A stretch of 15,464 bases of DNA from Candidatus Krumholzibacteriia bacterium (GCA_036351155.1 JAZBOO010000338.1:1-15464), one strand, 5' to 3'. Numbered from the stretch's first letter, positions 5,334 to 14,899 are shown. Notes: a model not told the origin generated them from the sequence alone. Numbers and translations are program-made.

Positions 5334-8300
5334 CTAGACCGACTCGGACTCCTGCAAAGAGGCCAGCGAGCGCCCCCGCCAGGACCACAGAAACAACCAG
5401 CCCAGGAAACGTTTGATGGGATCGAGGGTGGAGTACATCACCGGCACCACCACCAGGGTCAGGAAGGTGGCCACGCTCAAACCCCAGATCACCGCCACGC
5501 CCATGGGACCCCACCACTGACTGGATTCACCACCGATGATCAGTGCGTGATCGAACTGCCCCTGGAACAGTGCGGCAAAGTCCACGCTGAATCCCGTGGT
5601 CAAGGGAATGAGTCCCAGGATGGTGGTGATGGCCGTCAGGATCACGGGCCGGAAACGGGTCATCCCGGCCTGGATGATGGCCTCATGCTTCTCCATGCCG
5701 CGCTGCCGGAGCTGGATGATGTAATCCAGCAGCACAATGGCGTTGTTCACCACGATCCCGGCCAGTGATATCACTCCCACACCGGTCATGATGATCCCGA
5801 ACGGGGTCTGGGTGATCATGAGTCCACTCAGGACACCGATCAGCGAAAGAATCACGCTGAACAGGATGACCGCCGGCACGGTGACCGAGCTGAACTGGCT
5901 GACCAGCACCACGAAAATCAACATCACGGCGATCAGGAAAGCTTCGCTGAGGAAGGCCATGGATTCTTCCTGGTCTTCACTCTCCCCGGTGTAAGCCACG
6001 GTGTAGCCGGGGGGCAACTCCAGGCCGGCCACGGCATCCTGCACCTGAGCCAGCAGCTCGTTGCTGTTGAAACCTTCGGCCACATCGGCCATCACCGTGA
6101 CCACACGGCGGGAATCAATACGGTGCACGGCGGCCAGCCCCGACCCGAACTCGGTCCGGGCGAACGCGGACACGGGAATGGTGTGGCCCTCGTAGAAAAC
6201 GGTGGCGTTTTCCAGGTCCTCCACCTTGCCGCGATTGGGCTCCTGATACCGGACCATGATCTCGTATTCATCCTCGCCCACCCGATATTTCGCGGTCTCA
6301 CTGCCATGCAGGGCCGTCCTGATGGTTCCGGCGATGTCGAAGGTCCGCAGACCGAACCGGCCCGCTTTGTCCACATCGGCCAGCACCGTCAACTCCGGCA
6401 GTTCGTTGTCGTAATTGTCGGTGATATCCACCAGACCGGGCAGGTCCTTGATCAGGACCTTGATCTCCTTGGCCAGATACCCCAGTTCATCGAAGTCGAA
6501 GCCGGAAATCTCGATGTTCACCGGTTTCCCGGTGGGCGGTCCTTCTTCCATCTTATCCACGGTGATGCGGGCTCCGGTGAGGCTCTTGAGCTCCTCGCGG
6601 AGGTTTTCCAGGGAAGTCCGGCTGCTCATGCTCCGATCTTCCATATCCACGAATTCCATGGTCACCGTGGACTGGTACTTGGGGGGTTCGGCCCCACCCA
6701 GTTCGTTGCCGTGGGTAACCCCCACCACGCTGTTGAAGGCGATCAGGTCGGGCACTTCGCGCACGGCCTTCTCCACCTCGCGGGTGTAGTGGTCCGTCAC
6801 TTCGATGCGGGTCCCGCTGGGGGCCTTGATGTTCACCATGGCCAGCTTGGGGTCCACATCGGGGAAAAGTTCCACCCCGGCATTGAAGACCCCGAACAGG
6901 AAAAATACCCCTACCAGCGACACGTTCATCACCAGCATCACCAGGAAGCGGTTGCGCAGTGCCCAGGCCAGAGTGGGACGGTAGGTCCGTAGACCGAAGG
7001 CAATGAACCGGTCGCCTATCAGCTGGCTTTCGGTGCCGGTCTTGGGGACCGACATGAACCGCGCACAGAGCACCGGGTTGAACACCATGGCCACAATCAA
7101 CGAAGAAACCAGGGTGATGATGACGGTGATGGGCAGGTAACTCATGAACTCGCCCATGATCCCGGGCCAGAAGATCATCGGACCGAAGGCACACACGGTG
7201 GTCAAGGTCGAGGCAATAACCGCTCCGGCCACCTGGCTGGTCCCGAAGTCCGCCGCCTCGTCGCCGCTCTTTCCTTTACCCCTGTGACGAAAAATGTTCT
7301 CCACGATGACGATGGCATTGTCCACCAGCATCCCCAGCGCCAGGATGAGGCTGAACAGCACCACCATGTTCAGGGTGATGTCCAGCAGGCGCAGAATGAT
7401 GAACGACATGAGCATGGAGAATGGGATGGCCACGCCCACGAAGATGGCGTTACGCAGGCCGAAGAAGGCCAGCAGGACAAAGACCACCAGAAGCAATCCG
7501 CTCAGGATGTTGTTCTCCAGTTCGCTGACCATCTGCTTGATCTGCACGGACTGGTCGGCGACGATGGACACCTCGGTTCCCGTCGGGAACGTGGGCTTCA
7601 CCTCCTCGATCACGCGTTTCACTTCCTCGGCGATCCGGATGATGTTCTCGCCGCTCCGCTTCTTGACCACCAGGGTGACGGAATCCAGCCCGTTGACCCG
7701 GCTGATGGTCGAGGGGTCGGCGACTCCGAACTCCACGGTGGCCACATCCCGCAGGTAAACAGGAGGTTCGATGCCGGGATTCAACACGAAGTCCAGCAGG
7801 TCTTCGACCTCCTCGACTTCCCCGGGGACCCGCACCTGATAATCGTACAGGCCCATGGACAGCTTGCCGCCGGGAATGGTCATGTTCTGCAGGGCGATGG
7901 CGTCCTGCACATCCACCACGGACAGGTTGTAGTAGATCAGCTTCTCCGGGTCCACCGCCACCTGCACTTCATTCTCGATCCCCCCCACCAGATCCACAGC
8001 CAGGATACCTGTGATCTGTTCCAGCGATTCCTGCAGATCTTCCCCGGTCTTCTTGAGCAGGAAAAGGTCCAGGTCACCGTACAGGTTGACCTGCATCACC
8101 GGAAAAAGGTCGGCGGCGCTGATCTCCTGGATGATCAGGTCGTTGCGCGGGTCCACGGGTAAATCCGGCTTGGCCAGCTCCACCCGGTCCCGGACCGTTT
8201 GCAGGGCATCGCTGATGTCCACCCGGGTTTCGAATTCCAGGCTGATCACGGAAATTCCGTAAGACGACACGCTGCGCATTTCCTTGAGGTCCTTGGTCCC

Positions 8301-8516
8301 CTTCAACTGGTTCTCCAGCTTGCGGGTGACCAGGTTTTCCATGTCCTCGCTGCTGGTTCCCGCGTAAGGGGCCACCACCGACACATAGGGAATCTTCACA
8401 TCGGGCGAGGATTCGCGCGGCAATTCCATGTACGACTTCAAACCCAGCAGAATGATGAAGAACATGAAGGCAAAAATCATGGGATAGCGGGCAATGGCGC
8501 CCTTGGTCATACGCAT
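5334..8516 (-). CDS. RND efflux transporter permease subunit (AcrB/AcrD/AcrF family), 1060 aa
   Basis: Typical length and 12-TM/two-periplasmic-loop layout. Motifs LPRESSPDV, GMLVDNAIVIVENI, GIVVNNAIVLLD, RFRPVILTAITTILGLIP. GGGAGG RBS; ATG overlaps the MFP stop (TAATG). Confidence 0.97.
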   Translation of the reverse strand: MRMTKGAIARYPMIFAFMFFIILLGLKSYMELPRESSPDVKIPYVSVVAPYAGTSSEDMENLVTRKLENQLKGTKDLKEMRSVSSYGISVISLEFETRVDISDALQTVRDRVELAKPDLPVDPRNDLIIQEISAADLFPVMQVNLYGDLDLFLLKKTGEDLQESLEQITGILAVDLVGGIENEVQVAVDPEKLIYYNLSVVDVQDAIALQNMTIPGGKLSMGLYDYQVRVPGEVEEVEDLLDFVLNPGIEPPVYLRDVATVEFGVADPSTISRVNGLDSVTLVVKKRSGENIIRIAEEVKRVIEEVKPTFPTGTEVSIVADQSVQIKQMVSELENNILSGLLLVVFVLLAFFGLRNAIFVGVAIPFSMLMSFIILRLLDITLNMVVLFSLILALGMLVDNAIVIVENIFRHRGKGKSGDEAADFGTSQVAGAVIASTLTTVCAFGPMIFWPGIMGEFMSYLPITVIITLVSSLIVAMVFNPVLCARFMSVPKTGTESQLIGDRFIAFGLRTYRPTLAWALRNRFLVMLVMNVSLVGVFFLFGVFNAGVELFPDVDPKLAMVNIKAPSGTRIEVTDHYTREVEKAVREVPDLIAFNSVVGVTHGNELGGAEPPKYQSTVTMEFVDMEDRSMSSRTSLENLREELKSLTGARITVDKMEEGPPTGKPVNIEISGFDFDELGYLAKEIKVLIKDLPGLVDITDNYDNELPELTVLADVDKAGRFGLRTFDIAGTIRTALHGSETAKYRVGEDEYEIMVRYQEPNRGKVEDLENATVFYEGHTIPVSAFARTEFGSGLAAVHRIDSRRVVTVMADVAEGFNSNELLAQVQDAVAGLELPPGYTVAYTGESEDQEESMAFLSEAFLIAVMLIFVVLVSQFSSVTVPAVILFSVILSLIGVLSGLMITQTPFGIIMTGVGVISLAGIVVNNAIVLLDYIIQLRQRGMEKHEAIIQAGMTRFRPVILTAITTILGLIPLTTGFSVDFAALFQGQFDHALIIGGESSQWWGPMGVAVIWGLSVATFLTLVVVPVMYSTLDPIKRFLGWLFLWSWRGRSLASLQESESV

Positions 8517-9640
8517 TACTGGCCTCCCGCCTGGGCGCTGCGTACGATCCCGGGATCGGCCGCCAGGGAGCCATCAGCAGAAGTGGCCCGCTCCAGCACC
8601 TTGACCAGTCCCCCCTCGACCAGATCACGGTGGCCCCGGATGACGAGGTCTTGACCGGCCGTCAAACCGGAGGTCACCACCACCATGCGCCCCTGGTCCG
8701 GCCCCAGGGTCACCGCCAGGCGATGCGCCCGGTCACCTTCGACCACAAACACTTCGGGACCGTGGCGGCCCTTGATCACCGCATCGCGAGGAATGGTGAC
8801 CACATCGTTGACGATATTCTTGCTCAGCTGTGCCCGCCCGATGACTCCGCTGCGGAAAGCCAGATCCGGGTTGGGAATCTCCACCTCGACCTTGAACTTT
8901 CCGGTCCGGATGTCGGCTTCCAGGCCCACCCAGGTGACGGTACCCTGGGCCATGATCTCGGTGACGCCCAGGCGGACGGCCGCGGGCGTGTCTACCTGAG
9001 CCCAGCCCACTTGCTCGGCCGTCAGATATCCTTCGAGTTTCAGGGTGTAGGGATCGATGCAGCGGGCCACCGCCTGACCGGGCATCACCATCTGGCCCAG
9101 TTCCACGTAACGATCGGCCACGATTCCCTTGAAGGGAGCACTGATCATCGCGCGCGCATGACGTTCCCGGCTGATGTCCGCCATGGCCCGGGCCGACTCG
9201 AAGTCACTGCGGGCGTTCAGAAGTTCGATCTCGCTGACCTTCCCGGCAGCGAAGAGCTTCTGGACCTTGTCCAGGTTGAACTCCAGGGTTTCCAGGCGAG
9301 CCACGGCTGAAGCCATTTCGGCACGCAGAATTTTGCGCTCCTGTTCCAGGATCGGAGCACCGGCAGCCACGCTCTGCCCCTTGGGGGCCAGGATGGCCAC
9401 CACTGGTCCACTTTCCTGAGCGCTGATATCAGCCCCCCGCACAGGGGTGACCGGGCCGGTGATCTCGAAAAACTCGGCCAGTGTATCGGGGGCCAGTTCC
9501 AGAACCCGGACGTTGGTCGGAGATTCCTGGATAACTGCGGACTCCACCGCCGGCTGGCAACCGGCCAACCCCATGATTCCGACGAGAAGGCACATCGCAC
9601 ACAGATATCCGTGCGCATAAATCTGGGTCAGGCGGGACAT
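8516..9640 (-). CDS. RND efflux periplasmic adaptor (membrane fusion protein), probable lipoprotein
   Basis: Lipobox LAGC; lipoyl half-motifs (ISAQESGPVV...GQSVAAG; ISAPFKGIV...VELGQMVMPGQ); IPRDAV and VVTSGLTAGQDLVIRG. GGAGGT RBS; ATG9640 overlaps the TolC stop (TGATG). Confidence 0.95.
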   Translation of the reverse strand: MSRLTQIYAHGYLCAMCLLVGIMGLAGCQPAVESAVIQESPTNVRVLELAPDTLAEFFEITGPVTPVRGADISAQESGPVVAILAPKGQSVAAGAPILEQERKILRAEMASAVARLETLEFNLDKVQKLFAAGKVSEIELLNARSDFESARAMADISRERHARAMISAPFKGIVADRYVELGQMVMPGQAVARCIDPYTLKLEGYLTAEQVGWAQVDTPAAVRLGVTEIMAQGTVTWVGLEADIRTGKFKVEVEIPNPDLAFRSGVIGRAQLSKNIVNDVVTIPRDAVIKGRHGPEVFVVEGDRAHRLAVTLGPDQGRMVVVTSGLTAGQDLVIRGHRDLVEGGLVKVLERATSADGSLAADPGIVRSAQAGGQ

Positions 9641-11130
9641 CAATTTACCTCCGAAACAAGGCCCGGAATCCCGGCCAGCGGGGTCAGGGGCGAATAGCCA
9701 ACGGCCCGCTTCAAGGCGGCCGTCAGGGTCAGGACTTCATAACGTGCATCGATGACGTTGCTGCGGGCTTCGGCCCGATTGGACTCGGCCACCAGCACAT
9801 CCAGGTAGTTCACCTTGCCCAGCTCCAGCATGAGCAAACTCTCGTCGAGGACTTCTTCACTGCGTTCCAGATTCAAAAGGACGGCCGAAAGCACCTGCCG
9901 GGCCATGCGAAGATTGGCCAGCAATTCCAGGATCTCTACCTGGACCTGACGCCGCTGGCCGGTAAGTTCGGCTTCGGTGCGGCGGATCTGGGCGTCCGTT
10001 TCGGCCACCAGCCCCTTGGTCAAGAGACCGTCAAATACCTTCCAGTTGATGGCCACCGAGGCACGCCAGGAATCGTGGCCTTCGTCGAACACGGTGTCGA
10101 ATTCCTTTCCAACATAACCGTAGGCTCCATTGACCGTCAGATAGGGATAGCGCTCCGAACCCTGGGCACGGCGGTTTCGGCGCAGGATGTCGGCGAAAAG
10201 AGCCGTGACTTCCAGTTCGGGCCGCTGCTGGGCCAGATCCAGGGCCACCTGATCGTTGATCAGGTCCTCTTCAACCTGTTGCTCACTGGCGATACGCAAC
10301 GGGGCCCCGGGCGGCAGGCCCATCAGGCTATTCAGCCTGGCTCCTTCGTTGGCCAGATTGGCTTCCGCGATGGTCAAGCGCGGCCGGATGTTGGCCAGCC
10401 CCACAGCGGCCTGCAAGGTGTCCAGCCTGGTGGCCAAACCCAGGTCGTAGCGCATGGACATGATATCCACCAGCTCCTTCTGGTTGGCCAGCTGGGCCTG
10501 GACGGCCTGGATCCGGTCGGCGGCCTTGATCACCGCGTGATAAGCCGAGACGGTGCTTTCCACGGTCCGGTTTTCCACCGAGGCGATGGACTGTTCCTGC
10601 CGGTTGATCCCCAGCTTGGCAGCTCCCACCGCCCCGCTCACCTTGACCGGGTTCAGCGTCCAGTTGAGGTTCAGGTTGGCGGTCAGGAACGACTGGGCCG
10701 GAATTTCATCAACGGCGGGAATCAGGGAACCGAAACCCCCGAGCCATTCCAGAAACCAGTCCGGCGAACCCGCCGGGGCACCGAAGCCTCCACCACCACC
10801 GAAGGTGGAATCCAGGGCAAAAGCGGGATTGCGGGACCTGGTCCAGTCTCCCACCAGATCCAGGGTGGGCAGCCCGGTGGACAGGGCCTGGTTCATCTGT
10901 CCGTCCAGCTCCTCCATGCGCAAGCGCTCGGCCTGCAGGGCGTCATTGGCCTTGAGGGCCGCCGCCACGCAATGTTCCAGGTCCCAGGTTTCCAGTGCCC
11001 CGGGGCGGGCGTCGATGACCGCCGTCTGTCTGGGGGCCTCCTGGGCCCCGGCAGTGGCCACAACGAGGACCAGGAAAAGGGTCAGGGACAGGGTCCCCGG
11101 TAATGGTTTCAGCTTGGTTGGTCGTCTCAA
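9640..11130 (-). CDS. TolC-family outer-membrane efflux protein
   Basis: Signal peptide; WDLEHCVAAALKAN, LPTLDL, RYDLGLATRLDTLQA, RPEL, YPYLTV, LELGKVNYLDVL repeats typical of OEP domains. TTG start with a GGGGGA RBS; sits next to the MFP and RND genes. Confidence 0.93.
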   Translation of the reverse strand: MRRPTKLKPLPGTLSLTLFLVLVVATAGAQEAPRQTAVIDARPGALETWDLEHCVAAALKANDALQAERLRMEELDGQMNQALSTGLPTLDLVGDWTRSRNPAFALDSTFGGGGGFGAPAGSPDWFLEWLGGFGSLIPAVDEIPAQSFLTANLNLNWTLNPVKVSGAVGAAKLGINRQEQSIASVENRTVESTVSAYHAVIKAADRIQAVQAQLANQKELVDIMSMRYDLGLATRLDTLQAAVGLANIRPRLTIAEANLANEGARLNSLMGLPPGAPLRIASEQQVEEDLINDQVALDLAQQRPELEVTALFADILRRNRRAQGSERYPYLTVNGAYGYVGKEFDTVFDEGHDSWRASVAINWKVFDGLLTKGLVAETDAQIRRTEAELTGQRRQVQVEILELLANLRMARQVLSAVLLNLERSEEVLDESLLMLELGKVNYLDVLVAESNRAEARSNVIDARYEVLTLTAALKRAVGYSPLTPLAGIPGLVSEVN

Positions 11131-11133
11131 GGT

Positions 11134-11772
11134 TCAATCCCCCAGAGATTCAGGTTTTTGGGTCGTGACCTGGCAAAAAGGCACCAGAGAAGCGTATTCT
11201 TCTTCTGTTCGGGGTGGCCGGCTGATGGCATCCTGGGACAGCACGGTCCCCACCTCCTCCATCAAGCGAATGCCCACCTCGAGCGCCTCTTCGGGTACAT
11301 GCCCCAGGCAGATATCCCAGGCCATGCCATGGGTGAAGATGGCCATCTTGTGCAGGAGCAGGCCCAGTTCCTGGGGATGCAGGGTGCCCAGCTCGGCATC
11401 CTGGGTCATCTGATTCAGGAAATGGGTCGTCAGGCCCTGAAAATGCGCATGACTGAGGTCCGTGCGAACCGTAAACGCGTGGTACCATCGCGGGCAGTCC
11501 CAGGCGTAGCGCAAGACCCCGATGCCGATGTTCAGAAAGGCATTATCCGTGTGAGGCTCCGAGGCGTAAGTTTTCAGCCTCTCAGCCGCCCGGGCAAAGA
11601 CCTCTCGCTCCAGCTCTTCCATGTTTTGAAAATTGCTGTAAACAGGCGCCGTGGAAGCCCCCAGTTCCCGGGCCACATTACGCGCTGTCAAATGCTCGAT
11701 CCCCTGCTGGCGCACCACCATGAAACCGGCCTGCACGACATCCTCGGCACTAAACTGTGTTTTCCGGACCAT
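11134..11772 (-). CDS. TetR/AcrR-family transcriptional regulator (WHG-like C-terminal domain)
   Basis: N-terminal HTH QQGIEHLTARNVARELGASTAPVYSNFQNMEEL; C-terminal IFTHGMA; GAGAGGA RBS; first gene of the efflux operon. Confidence 0.93.
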   Translation of the reverse strand: MVRKTQFSAEDVVQAGFMVVRQQGIEHLTARNVARELGASTAPVYSNFQNMEELEREVFARAAERLKTYASEPHTDNAFLNIGIGVLRYAWDCPRWYHAFTVRTDLSHAHFQGLTTHFLNQMTQDAELGTLHPQELGLLLHKMAIFTHGMAWDICLGHVPEEALEVGIRLMEEVGTVLSQDAISRPPRTEEEYASLVPFCQVTTQKPESLGD

Positions 11773-11796
11773 TTCATTCCTCTCGTTCCGGGCAAG

Positions 11797-11824
11797 AACG
11801 TATGTTATATAACAAGTGTTTCAA
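11797..11824 (-). promoter_or_regulatory. sigma70 promoter of the tetR-tolC-mfp-rnd operon with an overlapping palindromic operator
   Basis: Minus strand reads TTGAAA-N16-TACGTT. The spacer holds the perfect 12-bp palindrome TGTTATATAACA (11803-11814), extended as AAC-N3-TGTTATATAACA-N3-GTT (11797-11820). Confidence 0.72.
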
Positions 11825-11852
11825 AAAAATGAAGGAAATAAACGCGAGGGAG

Positions 11853-12731
11853 CTAAAAAACCCCGAGAACAAGCAGGACTCCTGCCACGGCCAGGACCGA
11901 AGCCACCGCCTTGCGCAGGGTAAAAGCCTCTTTCAGGAAGATGCTGGCAAAAAGGAGGATGTAAATGGTACTGGTCTGGTTGAGGATCGCCGCCTTGCCT
12001 GCGGGAATGTACTTCATGCCTCCGATCCAGAGGATCAGGGCCACATACGACCCCATGACGGTGCCTGGAACGGAGAATTTCCAGCTGGGATCGGGCTTGA
12101 ATACCCGAAACAGCTTTTTCCGCTGGGGATGGAAAGCCGCCACCGGCAAGAGGACCAGCAAGGATCCCAGCTGGCGCACCGCCGTGGCCCAGATCACGCC
12201 GGAAGTTTCCAGTACCGGCTTGGCCAGGATGATCCCGAAGCCAAGGCTGGCCATGGCCCCCACGCCCAGCAGAATACCGGTCACCAGGGTGCGGCGGGGC
12301 ACGCCCGGCGGAGGTTTGACCTGGGTGGTCACCAGAATTCCCCCGATGACCAGCCCCATACCCGCCAGCTGGACAGGCCGAAGGGTTTCCCCGAGCATGA
12401 TGTAGGCAAAAAAGAGGATGAAGCAGCTGTAGAGAACATCGATGATGGCGTTGATCCCCGCCCCCACGCGGTTCAAGCTCATGTGGAACAGGGTGTCACT
12501 CAGGGCGATGGCAATGACCCCGCTGATCACGAGAATGGCGTAGTCCTTCCAGGGGGCCACCCCGAACAGTGGAATGCCGCTGAACAGCAAGGTCGCCAGG
12601 AAAAGCACACTGCTGACCGCCACCCGGAATAAATTCAGGGCAAGCGGGCTGATCGACTCCCCGGACTTGCGGAACAGTATGACGGCTGAACCCCAGGCCA
12701 GGGCACAGGCTAACGCGAATATTTCACCCAT
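11853..12731 (-). CDS. DMT-superfamily (EamA) transporter, 292 aa
   Basis: About 10 hydrophobic segments in two EamA repeats (GEIFALACALAWG..., ISPLALNLFR, LGETL; GILLGVGAM..., FLKEAFTLRK). Confidence 0.93.
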   Translation of the reverse strand: MGEIFALACALAWGSAVILFRKSGESISPLALNLFRVAVSSVLFLATLLFSGIPLFGVAPWKDYAILVISGVIAIALSDTLFHMSLNRVGAGINAIIDVLYSCFILFFAYIMLGETLRPVQLAGMGLVIGGILVTTQVKPPPGVPRRTLVTGILLGVGAMASLGFGIILAKPVLETSGVIWATAVRQLGSLLVLLPVAAFHPQRKKLFRVFKPDPSWKFSVPGTVMGSYVALILWIGGMKYIPAGKAAILNQTSTIYILLFASIFLKEAFTLRKAVASVLAVAGVLLVLGVF

Positions 12732-12764
12732 GAGAACTTTCTGAATCAGGTGACCAAAGGGTGA

Positions 12765-14318
12765 TCAGGAAGAGCGGGGCATGGACAGGAAAACCCGGCA
12801 CCCTTGTCCGGGCCGGGAGTCCACCAGCATCCGTCCGCCCACCGAGCGCAACCGCTCACGGATACTGAAAAGGCCGAACCCGGACTCCTGCTGGGCCCTG
12901 GCTTCCTTCTCCCGCGAAATTTCGAAGCCCACCCCGTTGTCGTCAACCAGAATCGTGACAAAACCGGGAACATTGTTGATGGAGATGTTCACCGCGGTGG
13001 CCTCGGCGTGCTTGTAGACGTTGTTCAGCAGTTCGCGCACCGACTGATAGGCCATGGCGCGCAGATCCTCGGGAAGCTCCTCTCCTTCACCCTCCACCGA
13101 AACTTCGAAAGTCAGTCCGGTGCGGATCTGGAACTGGTGTCCCAGCCAGGTCAGCGCAGCTTCCAGGCCAACCTCGTGAAGGACAGGTGGGAAAAGCTCG
13201 AAGGAAAGGTTGCGGGCCTCGGTCATCGTATCATCCAGGATGTCGAGAGTATCCTGGACGTGGGTCTGGTAGTCCCCCAGCTTCTCGGGATATTTCATCA
13301 GGGTGACCTGGGCACGGATTCCGAAAAGCTGCTGGGCCAACCCGTCGTGGATGGCGGTGGCCAGTTGTTGCCTCTGTCGGTCTTCGACAATGGCCAGCTG
13401 CGTGCTCAGCATACGCAGCCGATCCTGGTATTCCAGGAGAGTCGTCTGGGCTTCCTTCTGGTCGGAAACGTCCCGGACCACCGAGAAGATCAATTCGTGT
13501 TCGGGATAGGGATAGGAAGACCAGGAGAGCCAGCGGTAGGACCCATCGCGGCAACGAAAACGGCTTTCAACTCCGCGCGCGGGATCCCCATCACGCAGGG
13601 CTTCCAGAGCACCCTTCATCACATCCACGTCTGCCAGGTGAATGAAACTCAGGAGCGTTTCCCCCAGAATGTCGTCCCGGGACCAGCCCAGAACCCGGAC
13701 CCAGGCCGGATTCAGCTGATGGAAGGAGCCATCAAAACCACCGACGGCCAGCATATCCACCGAAAGATTGAACAGGCGATCCCGTTCCTCTTCGGCCCGG
13801 ACTTTTTCACTGATATCGGCCAGGGACCCGACGATGCGCAGAGGTTTGTTTTCGCTGTCACGGGTGACCAGAGCTCGCGCTTGAACCCAGTGGTATTCCC
13901 CGTCGTTGAACAACAGGCGCATCTCGAAGCCGCACCGGTTGATTTTTCCCTCGAGATAATCGGTGAAGATGTCCCGGACGGCCGCCATGTCCTCGGGGTG
14001 GATGTACTTGGGAATGCGGGCCATGTTGTTCGTGAACTCTTCACGTTGATAGCCCGTCATTTCCAGGAAATGGTCCGAGACGTAGAGTTGTCGGGTTTTC
14101 AGATCCCAGTCCCACAAGGCCGCACCCAGACCGTCGATGCCCGCCCGCAGCTGTTCCCCGCTGGCCGTCAACTCCGCAATTTGCCGGTCTTTGCTTTCCA
14201 GGGCTTCTCGCAGCTGAACTTCCCGGGATTGGGTCATGTTCCGGCCCCAGGCGCGACCCGCCATCACGCCGGCTCCCAGCAGGACCGCAGCCCCCAGAAT
14301 CAGATGAAGACTACTCAT
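12765..14318 (-). CDS. Membrane-anchored PAS-PAS sensor histidine kinase (HisKA_3 plus HATPase_c; NarX/UhpB/DegS class)
   Basis: One N-terminal TM segment. PAS/PAC 1 (LWDWDL...IHPED...YHWV...IVGSLADISE) and PAS 2 (FNLSVDML...NPAW...DGSYRWLSW). H-box EDRQRQQLATAIHDGLAQQL, N-box ELLNNVYKHAEA, G-boxes DDNGVGF and GFGLFSIRER. Likely start is ATG14318, overlapping the upstream stop; the ORF extends to 14390. Confidence 0.93.
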   Translation of the reverse strand: MSSLHLILGAAVLLGAGVMAGRAWGRNMTQSREVQLREALESKDRQIAELTASGEQLRAGIDGLGAALWDWDLKTRQLYVSDHFLEMTGYQREEFTNNMARIPKYIHPEDMAAVRDIFTDYLEGKINRCGFEMRLLFNDGEYHWVQARALVTRDSENKPLRIVGSLADISEKVRAEEERDRLFNLSVDMLAVGGFDGSFHQLNPAWVRVLGWSRDDILGETLLSFIHLADVDVMKGALEALRDGDPARGVESRFRCRDGSYRWLSWSSYPYPEHELIFSVVRDVSDQKEAQTTLLEYQDRLRMLSTQLAIVEDRQRQQLATAIHDGLAQQLFGIRAQVTLMKYPEKLGDYQTHVQDTLDILDDTMTEARNLSFELFPPVLHEVGLEAALTWLGHQFQIRTGLTFEVSVEGEGEELPEDLRAMAYQSVRELLNNVYKHAEATAVNISINNVPGFVTILVDDNGVGFEISREKEARAQQESGFGLFSIRERLRSVGGRMLVDSRPGQGCRVFLSMPRSS

Positions 14319-14895
14319 CGCCAAAGGAGCGGATCCAGCGCTCCCGGGGATCGTCGAACACGACGGAATCGGGATCGAAAGGCGGTCCATTCTTCAGGGC
14401 CGGAAAGCGATCGGCCCAGCCGGGTGGCCCCCCACAATCCTCTTCGGGACAGCGGCCGGCCCCGGACAGGCAGATGGGCAAAGAGACCAGATCCTGCTGG
14501 GAAAGCTGGTCCAGCACCAGGATCTCATGCTGCCAGTCGTCACCGAAATCGTAGGTGTAAAGGAAAGGCGGCATGTCGGGCCGCAGGATGTTGCCGATCA
14601 GGTGTTCCCAGCCCGGCAGAATTTCGCGAGAGCCATGGAAGTCGCTATCGTCTGGAATACCCAGGCGCAGGGGCTCGCCGCTGGACACGTCGTCCAGAGC
14701 AAACTGGTGCAGATGATAATCCAGCCAGCCAAAGCAATCCTGGATGGCCACGTGGAGATCCCAGAAGGTGAAATTGGCGGGCACCAGCAACTCGCGCCAG
14801 ACCGGTTCGGGCATGAGGACCAGTTCGATCCTGATGCGCAAGGCCTTCCCTGGATGCGGGACTCCCGGAAAATTGATGATGTTGTCAGGGCACAT
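14311..14895 (-). CDS. Plasmid pRiA4b ORF-3 family protein (MM3350-like)
   Basis: Motifs PVWRELLVP..FTFWDLHVAIQDCFGWLDYHLHQF, YTYDFGDDWQHEI and PICLSGAGRCPEEDCGGPPGW. AAGGA RBS before ATG14895; alternative start at 14916. Confidence 0.9.
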   Translation of the reverse strand: MCPDNIINFPGVPHPGKALRIRIELVLMPEPVWRELLVPANFTFWDLHVAIQDCFGWLDYHLHQFALDDVSSGEPLRLGIPDDSDFHGSREILPGWEHLIGNILRPDMPPFLYTYDFGDDWQHEILVLDQLSQQDLVSLPICLSGAGRCPEEDCGGPPGWADRFPALKNGPPFDPDSVVFDDPRERWIRSFGDE

Positions 14896-14899
14896 TTGA

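Noticed and set aside
12804..14771. 655-aa plus-strand ORF, and similar ones at 131-820, 6123-6992, 7284-8162, 10075-11103 and 11757-12632
   Set aside because: Antisense or alternative-frame shadows of well-supported minus-strand genes, as expected in GC-rich DNA.
14311..14895. pRiA4b ORF-3 gene as a marker of a plasmid or IS element
   Set aside because: No transposase, integrase, terminal repeats or obvious compositional break; it is tightly embedded in an operon-like run.
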